The notes beneath the pieces are model-generated. The model made no database searches and was not told where the DNA came from. It saw nothing but the letters and a program-made list of their open reading frames with translations. Shown one piece after another: positions 11,401-24,201 of a stretch of 64,000 nt of DNA. This DNA is from Amoebophrya sp. A120 (lineage: Eukaryota; Protista; Dinoflagellata). The position numbers were made by a program, and so were the translations under genes. Each line of letters starts with the position of its first letter. Position 1 is the first letter of the stretch. The DNA lies in NCBI GenBank assembly GCA_905178155.1, contig CAJINV010000005.1, positions 4,133,556 to 4,197,555 of the forward strand, in the 5' to 3' direction.

Positions 11401-13719
11401 CTGCTCGCCCTCCGCTGAGGCAGCTGCCACGCGGTTGCCAGCAGGAGCCTCCTCGAGGTCGTTCATCCTGTTGTGGGGGGCCTCAGCTGCAGGAGGTGAA
11501 ACCTCCTGAGCTATCGGATGCAAGCTGAGCGCGTCGGAGTGGAACAGGTAATAGACCACCGCACACAGCTCGTTCATGCCCTGCACGTACCGAATGCCGG
11601 GGTTGAGCTTCGCGTAGAGAAACAAAATCCGCCCCATCGCATCGAACCCTGTTTTCGGACTGCAAATGTCGCAAACGCCACCCAGGCCTGCTGCGCTCGC
11701 AAGTGCGCTCAGTGGGGCCGCGGGAGTAGGAGCCCGCCCGGAGGGAACAGTATTAAATCTTGGATTATCAGTCTGAATGGTCGCCGTCTCTGCGCTAGCG
11801 GCACGGGGATTTTTGCCGGGCGTTGGCATTGATGAATTTGCAGAAGCGTCTCCTTCTCGTCCAGTTCTTTCAGACTGGACTTCATTTACGGCATCTGACT
11901 TCTTCGTTGTTACGGCAGGCCCTCGCCCAAGAGATCCACCTTGTAAGTCGCTGCTCGTGTTATGGCCTGGGAGGGTCGTTACAGCGGAGGAAACAAGTGC
12001 TCCTGACTCATCGCGAGGAGCGGCCCTGACTGTGTCACCAAACAAACTTTTCGCGAAGAACTCGGTATGCTCTCGTCGCGTGCGGAACAGACCTATCATC
12101 TGCAAACGAACCCGTCAAGGCTCGCTCATCAAGGAAAGTCAACTACCATATTAGATAATATTTATCAATATTGAACAGAACGGCCAACTACCTGTTTGCA
12201 AAATCAGACTTTTCACTTTTTTGCATCATCAGACTTTTCTTTCATCTAGTGCGGCTTGACACCTCTTGACCACAGGTCGCTTCGTGCGCGCGGAAAGTGA
12301 CAGAAAAAAACTTGCTGTGCGTTTCAAGAGAGTTTTTTGGACCTTTCAGCACCTTTTTTTCCCTGGCCTTGATGACTTTTTCGAGTACGTTGAAGTCACA
12401 TCGATAACGTCCTTGTTAATCTGGTCATAAATTTCCAGATCCGCCTGCGAAACAACGACCTTCGCGCTTGGCGCGGATCGGGTCGCGGTCCCCCCATCTG
12501 GATCGACGCCATCGTCTTCCTGCTCAGGGTCAGCGTTTACAAGCGTCTTCTCCACCGCCGGTGGCTCAAGAGGTCCACCGTTCCCAACACTTTGTCCTCG
12601 TTGAAGAGGTGGCGCAGCACGCGTAGTTTCTGCAGAAATGATATCCCGTGCTGCAGAACTATTGCCTTCCTCCGTTTTTTCGCCCGCCGGTCTTGCGGCT
12701 GTGTTAGCAGCAACATCTTCACTGATCGTCGGGTCCCCGAGGATGGAGTGCACCAGTGCTCTTTGCAACTCCGGATCCGCGCATAGCTCCCGCACCAAAG
12801 CAACATACTCGGCTCGCTTTTTTGCCAGCACTTCGTCCCAGTTTTCTATTTCCAGCGGTAAGTAGCCCAATTCGTTGCAAAAACGTCCCCACCCCATGTT
12901 TGTCACGCCCATCTGCGTGTCCCGGAACCGGAAGTCTGTCATCATGCGCAGCCCCATCCCCATGAGAAGTCTTCTTCTTCTAGTCGTGTTTTGGCATTAG
13001 AATTAGTTGTGATCTAATCACGATATTAAGATGGCCAATTTATATTTCCTTTTAGTAACTACGCGGCTTATACAATAGCCAAGCAGGGTGCGCGTCCAAG
13101 TTTAATATATACCGCACCGGTACCCGTACCCATATTGTCACGCGGTGTGGGAGGTGCACATCACTTGCGATGAATTTCCTATTTTCACTGTGGCTTGGGG
13201 CCGTTTTTACAGAGGATAAACCCATCGTCAACTTCCAGTACACCGCACGGAGCTCCGGGCAGTCCACATCTAGCCCTTCGAACCCCAGAGCGCGCACCTT
13301 GTGCAAGTCGATTAGGAGACTCTCCTCGTCGCACGGCCGCTTCAACAGAAGGGCGATACCAAATGTAAAAATGTCTGGGTCTGGAAGCTTCAGCTTGTGA
13401 TGCTGGGTGGCATATCATGAGGAAGCCACAAGTGCTGGCTCAGCATGAGAAGTTTCGGAGCTTCTAGGTGTTGCCTATTCTGCATGACAAACTGCGTTTC
13501 TGCATGACAGAAAAGTGGCGCTCTTGGGTAACGTGCATGACAGATTTGAGAGTCATGCCGGACACGCATGACAAACATGGACTCTTCCAGACCCAGACAT
13601 TTTTACATTTGATAGGCGAGACACTTGGCTAATTTGTCCGCAGTCTCCACGTCCGACGATGCGGACTTCTCCGCTATCTTGGTAAATACCAACTTTTGCA
13701 ACTCCGCCAAGAGTGGCAT
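5482..13719 (-). CDS. TBC1D13: TBC-domain Rab GTPase-activating protein, TBC1D13-like, multi-exon with long low-complexity inserts
   Basis: Motifs in order across exons: IDLHKVRALGFEG..LRAVYWKL, GYLP..W, INKDV|FRT, LYAKLNPGIRYVQGMNEL, AEADTFFCFSILMGE, PTFYSLRWIMLLLSQELSLADT|VRLWDSLL, FLHYVCVAMIMRIREVLLAGDFIENMKILQNYP. ATG at 13719. Orthology is by motif recognition only. Confidence 0.9.
7960..8268. mobile_element. TIR introner, family A
   Basis: TATCAAATGCAAATATGTC..GACATATTTGCGATGGATA; TSD CGTGT; removal restores ADT|VRLWD. Confidence 0.92.
8817..10978. repeat. Four ~50-bp direct repeats separated by three unrelated inserts
   Basis: GCCCACATCGC(C/A)CATCGTCCTGCGCAAAAACGTCCC(C)nGCCCACGACC at about 8817-8873, 9472-9519, 9820-9872 and 10924-10978; inserts about 600, 300 and 1050 bp. 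Confidence 0.92.
12094..12406. mobile_element. Decayed TIR introner
   Basis: TATC..GATA termini; removing the element plus 5 nt restores the TBC motif KDV|FRT. Confidence 0.75.
13357..13614. mobile_element. TIR introner, family A
   Basis: About 30-bp TIR AAATGTAAAAATGTCTGGGTCTGGAA; TSD GGCGA; removal gives AKCLA|LLLKRP. Confidence 0.93.
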
Positions 13720-15346
13720 TTTATTTGTATATCGCTCTCAAATTGATGTTCCCAAAATCACTTAGCAGGGTAGAGCAACCTTCAGGTGATCCGTTGTACT
13801 CGAAACCGGCTTACTTTGGCTTTCGCTGGTAGAAGAGTGGTCCAGTGCATATTCAATTCTACTGCGATTTCTACATCTACACCGCCACCCCTCCAGCGGC
13901 CGAACTATTTATTGGAAAAATCATGTGGATGGCTGTGGGCCGAATCTTCGTGCGGCTGATGCCCTTGCGAAAAAATGTATGCTACAAACAAACTGTGCTG
14001 TTGAGGGTTGACCCTCGCAGAGCGAGATGAATACAGTCAGTGCAATGCCCGTCAGCCACAAGCTAGGCAGGAAGATACGCATTGACGTCTTTTTTTTGTA
14101 CAAGATATCGATCAAGTAGAAAAAAACGGTGAACATCAGAATACTGCAGCATCACCAGCTTATGCGACTGCGCGGCCTAGTGAGTCTTCCGCAGCCCTGC
14201 TCCTCGTAGGGTCAGAAAGGGATAAATGATCGGAAGAGGTATTCCTCTACTCCCCTTGAGTGCGACGAGGCATTCCATAGGGAGCCGCGCAAGCTGTTTG
14301 TTTGTCTCTAGGGAGGACAACTGTATGCGGAGCCATATCAAGAAAGGTCTTGTATTTTTGGCACGAAAATCGCAGAAGCAGCTGTTAAGTACGAAGAGGC
14401 TGAAGCACGCAGCCGCAGCTGTAGAAGCCATACAATACGTGATCGGTACGGGCAACAGGAAGTTGATGCACAGCTTATCTTTTATATTATCGGTGGTACA
14501 GTCTTTATTTTGTATTTTTGCGTAGGGCCCATCAAGAATATACAATTTACAAGCTATCTCTACTGGGGATTCATGCGTGCTACTTCAAGAACCAGGTGTC
14601 AACTTATTTACACAGCCCGGGTCGGAGTCGACAGTCCGTGATGTTGAATGGGAAAAATACATGTGGGTAGTGCTGAAAGTAGACTTCTTCTTTCCTGACA
14701 ACCTAGTTTCAGGCAGTCTCTGAACGCGGCCTTGCTGCGAGAGCAGTTGATCATGTGATACATAACGCGTATCTTTTAATTTAGGTTAAATAATGTAACT
14801 CTTTGCGCTTGGCCAGCGTCTATAAGTCGTTGAACCATTCTTCGTTCTTCTTTTTTTCGGACAAACTCTAACTAGTATGTATTTCTTCCGAGATCTCCTC
14901 AATGCCTCAGCGGTTGACGAGCGCACTCGTGGGTGCGACGGATTAACGGGTATGGTGAAGATATGAGTGACTTTGCCTACGCAGCGATTTCGGAAGTGCT
15001 GTCGAAAATTCCAAGTCACGATGGTCTTGCTAGTTGCCATGCATGAATGAGGACGCAAAAATTCTGTCGTGCTCTCGTACTAGACGAAGATGGTTATCGT
15101 TCTCATGTTTTCATCTGAAAAAAAAATGAGAGTATTTTCATTTTGTGACTGATGATTAATATCAGTCGGTCCTTATACATGAGTGGACAGACGAACATGA
15201 ATGCAAAATAGCATCAAACTGTAGCTGGAATTTCTTGAGGACCAGACCACCTCTAAAACCAAAACCACTCTGCTGCAAAGTCAGTTACATCGCGTAAGAA
15301 GAGACACTCGGTCCAGGCGGGTGGTCCGGTGGCGCCCCCGGTACAA

Positions 15347-15608
15347 TATCAACTGCAAAAATGTCTGGGTCTGGAAGAATGAAACTTGTGATGCTGAACT
15401 TGGATTCCAAAAAAATCTGTATTGCATGAGCAGCAAAGAGAACGCAATTTGCGCTACGCGGAAAGGGCATTTATCATGCAGAATAAGCATCAAGTGGCCC
15501 TCAAAAAATCTGTGATGCTAGGGCATGCATCACCGACATCACGGCTCATGCAAAACGTGCAGGACGGGTATCAGAATCTTCCAGACCCAGACATTTTTAC
15601 AATCCATA
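15347..15608. mobile_element. TIR element, family A
   Basis: Family-A TIRs; TSD TACAA/TACGA. Confidence 0.85.
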
Positions 15609-15921
15609 TACGAGTTCGAGGCGCAACTTCGTAGTTTGGAGAATGGTATCAAGTCATCAGAGTGATCATGTGGCAATATCAACGAAGTTGTAGCCACATG
15701 TCGGCGGCTATCTCGACGTATGTGCCCCGTCTTTCCTGGTGGACCCACAACCACACACATCAATATAATGCCATATTTACTATTCCTTCGGGAAGAAATC
15801 AGTAGTCATCATCTTCATGCTAAACCAAAAGAACCAGCCACAGGCGGGACCAGGAACGCACGTTGCTGACGAGAGACGACAACTGAATACCATTCTGCAT
15901 TCTACAGTCGCTGCTGCAGGC

Positions 15922-18521
15922 TTAAACGACTACGGCGTCTGCCCCACTCTCGCTGGAATCGGAAAGCTCGGCTGCGTGGGATTTCTGCGAGAATTTGGCA
16001 AACTTGTGGTACATGTCCTCAGCCTTTGTCATTTCCGCCCGCAGGGTTCCGAGGTCCAGATCGGCGTTTTTACTCCGCATGGCCGCAAGCGCCTTGCGCC
16101 GGTTGATATCCGTCTCTAGTCCGTTGAACTCTACGAGGCGGTGCAGGTGTTGCAGCGTCCACTGAAGTTCCTTCACGCCTAGCTTCTGGCCCGTCACCTT
16201 CGACAGGTCTTGCTGCACCTTCAAATCTCGCCTCCGGGAACCCGGTACCTGTTTCCGCCGTTTCATCGACGCCCCTGTATCCAAGGGAAAAAAAAACTAT
16301 TTCGATTTCATCAAGATCAACAGCAACTACACGTAAACGCTGAAGTTGTCGCATGAAATAAGTAATATGGGCAATCAGGGGAACATGCGACACAGCAGTG
16401 GCACTTCTTCATCTTCTGCTGGACTGAATGTGAATATCCGAATCTTTTTCTTTTCTTGTGACAGAAAATGCATCAAATTGGCAGCGTGCAAGAGAACAAC
16501 CGTCCTCGCGGTGAATAGATTATAATTTTCCCATTGATAAAGGCCCTCCTTCGAGTAGTAGACTCGGTCTTGGTAACAAACTTCTTCCCCGAGTAAGCGT
16601 TCCTCGATCACGGTCACGAGGTGCTTCTTCTTCGAGTCCAGTGTCCATCGCTTGTAGTCGCGTCGCACACCACTTGCGAGCTGCCACGCGCGCACTTTTG
16701 GATTCTCCGTGTCCGCATCTTGCCGCGCAGCATTGTTCTGTGTGACGTTGTTCGGTGAAATCTTTTTTCATGATGTTGCGCAATTACCAGTGACGTTAGT
16801 TTCTTTGTGCTTTTGCAACATGGAACTGCGATGAATTATAATTCGCTTTATTTGATAGATACTTAAAACTTATCTCATCCAGCAGGAGCACACAACACAT
16901 GAAAGAAACATGAGATGAAGATTCATTGATATTGACAAAGACGTAGCTGCACCTTGAAATCGAGAAAAGCATCGGCCATCCTGGGCGATGGTCCGAGGGC
17001 GCCGTGGTTCCCAGGGTCGGACTTCATGCGCTTGCTGCTCTTCGCCGACGAGCTCGTGCTTTTCTTCCTTTGCCACCCCCGCATAATGTGGTCCAGGTCT
17101 TCCTCGGGAACGCGCCGCCCCGGATACAACCCCTGGACCTTCACGTCCTTTGTCTGCGGAGGTGACGCTGGAGAAGTAGAACCAGCGCTGCTGCCCACGG
17201 AAACTACCCCAACCGTGGCTCTGGCCGCGGTCGTCCCGGTGAGCTTCTTCAGTTTATCCTCGGCCCGGTGGTAGATCTGTTCCCCGCTCAAGTTCAGCTC
17301 TGCTTGCGACACCTGTCCGCGGTTCTTGGCCGAGGAAAGACGCGGAATCGCCGGATCACCTCCGGACGAGTGCCTGCCGCTCATCCGCGGCGATGCCGAC
17401 GCGGAACGGCTTCCAGCAGCGCCCGTCATCAGCGGGAGGAGCGCCAACTGCTTCTCTTCCGGACTGCCGCCGGGGCTCAAGGACTCGACCTCCGCTTTTA
17501 TTTGGGCGTACTCCTCGGCGTCGATGGGATCCGCGGGTACCAAGTCGTGCCCATTCTCTTGGAAGAACCGGTCTCGCTGGGTCTGCAGCGACGTCAAAAC
17601 GTCGTCCGGGAGCCGCAGGAACTCCGCCTCCACGCAGAGACAGCGCAGCACTTGGTACTTCACTTTCCCGAACTCGCGCCAGAACGAATGATTCAGAACG
17701 GTGTCCTGCTCGTATTCCCAAAACAGGTCCAGGAAGCGATTCGCTTCGTACACGGACTCAAACGCCTCATCGTGCCGGTTCTGGGGGCTTAAGATCGCGC
17801 ACAAAAGGACCCGAGCCTTGCACTGCGCAACCAGGTGCACCGCTGGATCCTTTTCTGCTAACCTATCCGCAGACTCGACCTAGTACAAGTTTGTGGTTAG
17901 ATTAGTTTTACAAGTACGATTTCTTCTTCTGGAATTAGACACACAAAGCAAAACCGACAACGCACAGACCCGAATAAGCAACTTTCGCTTGCATGTGCGG
18001 ATTTGTTTTTCTTTGCAGAGTGAGACGCTGAGCAACTATGTTGCGCGAACGTTCTTACTCGGCATAAGAAGGAGGACGGACGTAGTTCCCTACATCTCTA
18101 AGTATCGGTCCTCAGTCCACTTCGCGAAGCTTTGTAGTGGAAATGACAAAGTAAAGTACTCTCCTTAACACTTGAACTTACACTTAAATGATACATACCG
18201 CATTTTCCACCGCTTTCAGAGCTTTCCCCGGTGCTTGTCCTTGCTTCAGGTACCAGCAAGCTAAGTTCATGAAATGCTCTGGGGCGGTGTAGACGGGAAC
18301 TTCGGCATCTTATCCTCGACAAAATCTAAATCACCATCACCCCCGGTTTGTAATGAATGTAACGACGCGCACGTTTTGCATGCATATCCGCAATGACCAA
18401 CAATTGAGGGTGATGGTGAAAATCTTGTTCAGGATACCTCCGGGCGCAGCTTCAGGTAGTTCAAAATAGGAATGCGCTCAAAGTTCACGTTGCTGCCGCC
18501 GCGATTGAAGATTTGCGCCAT
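15922..18521 (-). CDS. Hypothetical multi-exon protein (helical N-terminal region); ends uncertain
   Basis: Co-oriented protein-like ORFs 16923-17840, 16375-16695 and 15922-16284, plus a 5' part MAQIFNRGG..LRPE|AEVPVYTAPEHFMNLACWYLKQG joined across an introner. Confidence 0.55.
18311..18436. mobile_element. Short TIR introner (126 bp)
   Basis: TATCCT..TCACCATCACCC / GGGTGATGGTGA..AGGATA; TSD CATCT/CCTCC; removing the element plus 5 nt keeps the frame open. Confidence 0.75.
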
Positions 18522-19773
18522 CTTCTGTCGCCCTCCAGCGGGAGCTCCTCTCCCCGAAGATTTATGCTTTTTGTACCGAGTTGCCGGCAGCTGCAAGTGC
18601 CACGCTTCTTCCGCGTCCAGCTAGCCGTCACGCGAGCGACCACCCGCTTGCATGGTGCTGACGCGACTGCATGAAGATTTTTGGCCAGTATCCTCTAACG
18701 ACACTATCACTTGTCTGCTTCACGCTCTTCTCATCGGGTTCATTCCCAGACGCGAGTTTGCTCTGGGTTGTATTCGTTCGTGTACTATACGACAATTACT
18801 CCATTTGTTACATCATCATGCAATCAGCTGAACGTGGTGCCTGCTCGATTCTGGCCGTTGATCGACCAGTTTTCTCCAGAGTGTTGCGACCTGCGATGAA
18901 TGCGACAAAAAAAGGTAATCATCTAAGGAAATAAAACAAAAACACCGACTTTTTTCCGAAAAGAGGAAGAGAATCTTAATCTAGTCCCCTTACTAGTAAA
19001 ATCAATGATCACGAGGATGCTACTACTTGAGGCATCTTGATCTTTCTCTGTTATGGTGGTCAGATATGAGGTATCTAAGGGCCTGGAATCATCTTCCTCA
19101 CGACTTTCGAGCTCGCATACGGATACGAGTTCGAGCAGATATAGAACGGAGAGCGCACGATTGAAAACCCCTGACGAACTTGTCGAATATGAATAAGTAT
19201 CTTATTCGGGCACCCTCATGTACCGATATTGACGATGGTCTCTCAGTCACGACGAGAGCGACCAAAATGAATGAGTCCTGCACTTGCTTCCGGGACCTGA
19301 CCCGAATTTTACAAATAAGAGCCTACTACTGTGGCGCCATAGAGAAATGGATCTAGCATGACTATCGGACCGAAACTGACTACGAAGGGCGTCGAAAATT
19401 TGTTGAACACGAGGCTCGATCTTTTCTTCGCCTACAGTGATTGAGACCGCTCCTCCTACGCCGAGGGAGGCTGTGCATATTACCTACAGCCCTCTCATAC
19501 TTACTCACGGCAATCACATTTATTCTCAGTTTCAAATTTGCGCACGACAAACATGGAATTCTAGAATTCTTTTTCTTCTTCTAACAAATATCTTTGACTT
19601 CTGGAGACAAGTCAAACTGCTGTGTGCGAGGGGTGAGCGTGAGTGAATCGTCGCCAAGAATAAGGTGCGACGAGGTGAACACGAGGAACGCGATCATTGC
19701 ATTTTTATGCCCTTATCTGACTCGTGTTTTCCCTTATTTTCTCGTTTGCGGAATGGAACCGACCACCATCGAT

Positions 19774-22325
19774 CTACTCACGCTTCTCGTGTATTTCGCT
19801 GGCATGATCGGCCGTCGCTAGCCCTTTTTGTGCTTCCACGACCGATCGTCGAACGGACTGCACCGCTCCGGGGAAAGGACTAGTTCTGCTGTTTTTTATG
19901 CAACAAAAAACACCACCACAGCTACATTGTTACAAGTTTTGCTGCTGCAGCAGTTTGCCTAAAGATGGTAAAAATGCTCTTTGCGTTGCGGAAACACGGC
20001 CGTTGGGTAAATCAGGTGCAAAGTTCTTTTTACGCATGAACATAAATTTTTGCACAATAATAACAAAAATGTACAAAAAGTAGGATGGTAATGTTGTTTT
20101 CTTGTGGGATATTCTTCTGCGCGATCGCACAGAAATCTTTCAAGAGAAATAAATTGAATGCGATGTTCCCCAGTAAGACGGTGGGCCATCCGGCGCAGCG
20201 TGAGGAGCCCGCCGACATCGTTCCCGATGCCACTCCGTCCAGGAAAAAATCCGTGATCGGATAGATATAGACAAAAACGGTAATCACGAACGCAGCCACC
20301 GACATGGAGTTCTCAGACGTTACATTGTCAGACGTTGCACGATTTGCAGCCACGCAAAAATGCCATATTACACTTCATCCACACGATCAAGCGACTGCTC
20401 ATGACAAGAAATTATCGCAGGGCTAAGCAGCATGGCAAGAATCTGTGCCGCATTTGTAATGCGAGAGGGGCAAGCTGCACTCCTCCCCCCTGACGCTTTT
20501 GCTTTTCCTTTTCTTGTTGCGTGACAAATAACTCATGCACCAGTTGATAACGTAACGCTTCAGAACCCCATAGATAACGGAACTGAGGAACTGGACAACC
20601 TGGAGTCGCGTCACCCAGCGCTTCCAGCTTGGCGTCTTCCCAGTGGTCTTCCGCTGAAGGTAGTAGAAGTACATTACCACGTGCACGCCGGTGTTGAAAA
20701 GTAGCCCGATAAACTGTAGGGACGTCCTATCCCGCGTAAAAAAGAGGCCCCCACCCCTGAGCCTGACCTGTCCTGCAAAGCTGCATGCTCAAAATGTTTG
20801 TTTCCCAGGCGGCTCACCTCTTTGGCAAAATAAATATCTGATGCTCTAATCAGAATAAGACGCTGGCTCTGTGAAGATGCAGCTGGGGTAGCTAGTAGGC
20901 ACGACTATGCTACAAATCCAATTTTGTTACGCGTCGTGACTCCCACAACCTCTGGATTTGTGCTCGCAAAATCAATGCGAACCTCGACTTTGGGGTGGGG
21001 AAATGTTCACAAACGATACATCTTGTAACGCACCCAGGCCCAAGCCATCACCACCGCACAGGCGTGATGGTACACGTGGAGGCAATATCCACTGCAAATA
21101 TGTCTGGGTCTGGAAAGTTGGAACTTGTATTGCTTGTCTTACATTTAACATTCCTGTGCAATCTCTGCCCCCTGACCAACAAAAATCGTGCCCTCTTTTG
21201 TACATAAGTACAAAAAGAAAACCAAAACGCAGCTTCTCATGCGAACTGAAATACTAAGACAGCGCTGCTCTGCAACTTTGTCACGCTTGGCTGGATTGGA
21301 GAGCGTTTTCAGCATCCACAGCTCAGCATCACAAATTTCCCGACACACACATTATAAACATATTCGCATCTGATAGAAAAAAGTTCGGAGGAGGTCGCCC
21401 CCGGGCGAGCAGCAGAAACGTGTCCAGGTGCTCGTAGTATTTGCTCACATAAAAAAGAAAACTCCAGAAGTAGGGGTCTCGCATTCTCGCGGCCCAGGAG
21501 AGGACCGGCGGACCCGTTGCTGCTGTGTGATCGCGTGCTGTCGTTTCTTCTTCTGCCGCATTCGAGGAGGTTGTAGCCCAAACACCGCTCGAAGAACTCC
21601 GATCAAAAATAACGGCGGTGCTCGGCGCCGGGGCGAAAAATTCACCCACCTTGGCGACATACTCCTCATCTGGCAGGTCCTGCTCGCAAAATAAAAACGA
21701 AGGCACGAAGCCGTTGCTCGCAACGATCCCATTGATAGTGTTGTTGTTCTTGTAAGCTACTTGCACGCTCAGCGAGTACAGACAGCCACAAAACATGGCA
21801 GCAGACGCCAGAACGAGAATCAGGTCGTGCACGATGCCGATCCGCTTTAGGTCGGAGTTGAAAAACCAGGGGCGCCAGCATGTTCCCCCCTTATGGGAGT
21901 GTCAGGATTGAAATCGACAAAGTTGAAATAACTTGTAATGCATAAAATTAAAATCGATACCAGTCGGAAGCCCAATTGCCGAGCGGCGCATGACAAATTT
22001 CGGCACCGTCTAAATCCAGTTTTTCATGCTGTTTAGGGACAGAAGGCGTCCTTTGTCATGCTACTTTAGTAGCTGCATCGCAGACCCCAAACAGGCTGAC
22101 AGTCGGCCTCATTTGCCATCCCTGCAAGAGAGGCACTTCATGCCTTGCAATCTATGCATGAGAAATTATTTCAACTCTGACGATTTCAATCCTGACGCTT
22201 TCATACCCCTCCAACGGCCGGTATCTGCGACTCAGAAACGTACCAAGAAGAACAAATAGAAGATAGAAAACTGCCGCACCCACCGGTGCCTGCCACTGCA
22301 ACAGCAGTCTGGTAAAGCCACCCAT
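19774..22325 (-). CDS. ELO/GNS1-SUR4 family fatty-acid elongase, six exons
   Basis: FYVSKYYEHLDTFLL, FF|LHVYHHAC (HxxHH), FNTGVHVVMYFYY, WVTRLQVVQF. Five introner-type introns removed by the same rule give one frame from ATG 22325 to TAG 19774. Confidence 0.92.
19897..20111. mobile_element. TIR introner, family D-like
   Basis: TATGCAACAAAAAACACCACC..GTTGTTTTCTTGTGGGATA; TSD TTTTT/TTCTT. Confidence 0.75.
20357..20549. mobile_element. Decayed introner
   Basis: Right terminus GATA; flanks ACGCA/ACGTA; removal gives LKRYV|AANR. Confidence 0.55.
20728..21018. mobile_element. TIR introner
   Basis: TATC..CCCCACCCC / GGGGTGGGG..GATA; TSD CGTCC/CATCT; removal gives RYKM|SLQFIG. Confidence 0.75.
21086..21375. 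mobile_element. TIR introner, family A
   Basis: Left TIR TATCCACTGCAAATATGTCTGGGTCTGGAA, decayed right TIR; splits FF|LHVYHH. Confidence 0.85.
21892..22205. mobile_element. TIR introner, family C
   Basis: TATG..GTCAGGATTGAAATCG / CGATTTCAATCCTGAC..CATA; TSD CCCCT. Confidence 0.9.
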
Positions 22326-24201
22326 TTATTTTCGATTGCCCGGGCAGAAACGGCAACGGGGCGAAATATACAACCCGATGCGATGTCGATGAAAACAACT
22401 AACTTACTACCAGGGCGAAGCGAAAACAACCGCCGGCAAGCCAGGGCAGTAAAGGCAAAGAAAAAGGAGGCGAGACTGACATATCAAAAAACAGGTATCT
22501 GGTTTGAATTCGCTACTGGCCAGAAAGAAAATAAAGATAAGCGACCTCTGACATCGTCGTATTTCAGCAATAGCAGTAGTGGCTCATTTTTGACGAAGCG
22601 ACGACCTCGAAATCACGAGAGCAGTACGTCTTTCTATGACGGAGGATCCTCTGCCTGTCCGGCACCGGCTATGATCGTACTAGAAGATCTCTTCCACATG
22701 CGCGATCTTCCGTTACCGTCATCTATATCTGTGGATTCTTGTATATCACCACCTAATTCCCATCCCATCCCATCAATTTCTCGTTGTCGAAATTGACCGA
22801 ACCTCGTCCGGTCTACTTCTTCGATTGGCACACACATGTTTTTGTTTTCTTGTCCCTTCGTTTTGTTCTGACTTCGTTTTATTCCGCAACTTACATACAT
22901 TTCTGTTTTCCGATACTTAAGAATGACAAGATGAATGTTACTCGCTAGGTTTGCTGCTTCTGCAGGCAGCGCCGGGCGCAGGTCTGATAAAAGCTTCTTC
23001 ATCATACAGGGCTTGTATAGTTGGAAGCAAAAACTGCAGTCAGTGGTGAGTCTCAGAAGCTGGAAAGCTACTACATTCCTAAATACGCTACCACTAGGAG
23101 CTGCGAAGTGTGGCCTTCGTGTTGAGTATAGCGCACTCCTTTCTACGACATCACTTACTTATAATATATAAATATATCAGTAATTATTAAATCATCCTTC
23201 GATTCTTGAGTATGCGTCAAATTTGCGAAACAGAAGCAACATCGAGGACCGTTCAGTGACTAGTTTTACCTGGCCTAAAATTTCATCTTCTGTGTCGATT
23301 TACTTTATTTGTTCCTTCAGTCGAGGCAGCATGGTGAGATCCTGTCATGCGTGAAAGTAAAAAGGTAGCACAATCGGTCGACATCTCTACACTTGTATCA
23401 GTCTTACATCTGCGGCATATTTTACATACACGCTATATGTTTCCTCACTGTAGACTTGCACTTATATCTTTTTGTTTGTGATATGATTCCTTGGCTGTCT
23501 CTGTCAGTCCTAGCACTACGATTCTCTAAAAGCTTAAATGCTGTGATCATCATGAATTTCCAAATTAGTAATAGCTGGGCCGTACGACGGATAAAGTTTT
23601 AGACAGAACATCACTACTTTCATATTTCTATTTCTATTTGCATTTGCGTTATCTCTGTAGAGCTCGTGCCATCTCAGCCAGCTTCTCGTCTAGAGATCCC
23701 ATCTGATTTTTCATCACGACAAGGTCCTGCAGTGACTTTTTGGCAAACTGGTTGGTGGTCTCTGCGCTTCCATTCGACGTAAGTGAGACGTTGTTGGGCT
23801 TCATGGGAGACTCGCCAAAGGCGGGACTGGCTCTGGCCTGCGTATGAACGTGGACAATTCCCCCCCCCCCTCATTTCTGTAATGCCCGGTCGAGGTCCGG
23901 GACTCGACATGTAACGTACACAGTTCGCAAAAATAAGCACCGTGGTGTTTTGGTATTTTGCATGCATTCGTAGATCTAGCGGCCGGGAGCTGCGGCACGA
24001 CAGGACGAGCCTTCTACTGACTAATGATAAAGAAGGCGTACCGTGAGGTTGCGCTTGCTGTGTCACAGCACAGTAAATCTGGTTGGGTTGGGTTGGGTTG
24101 CGGTGTGGCGAGTAGTGTAGCACCTAAAACTTGTGCCAAGTACGACTACTTGTGCTCGACAGACGCGGGCACCGCAGAGCAGTTAACCCTCCACCATAGC
24201 A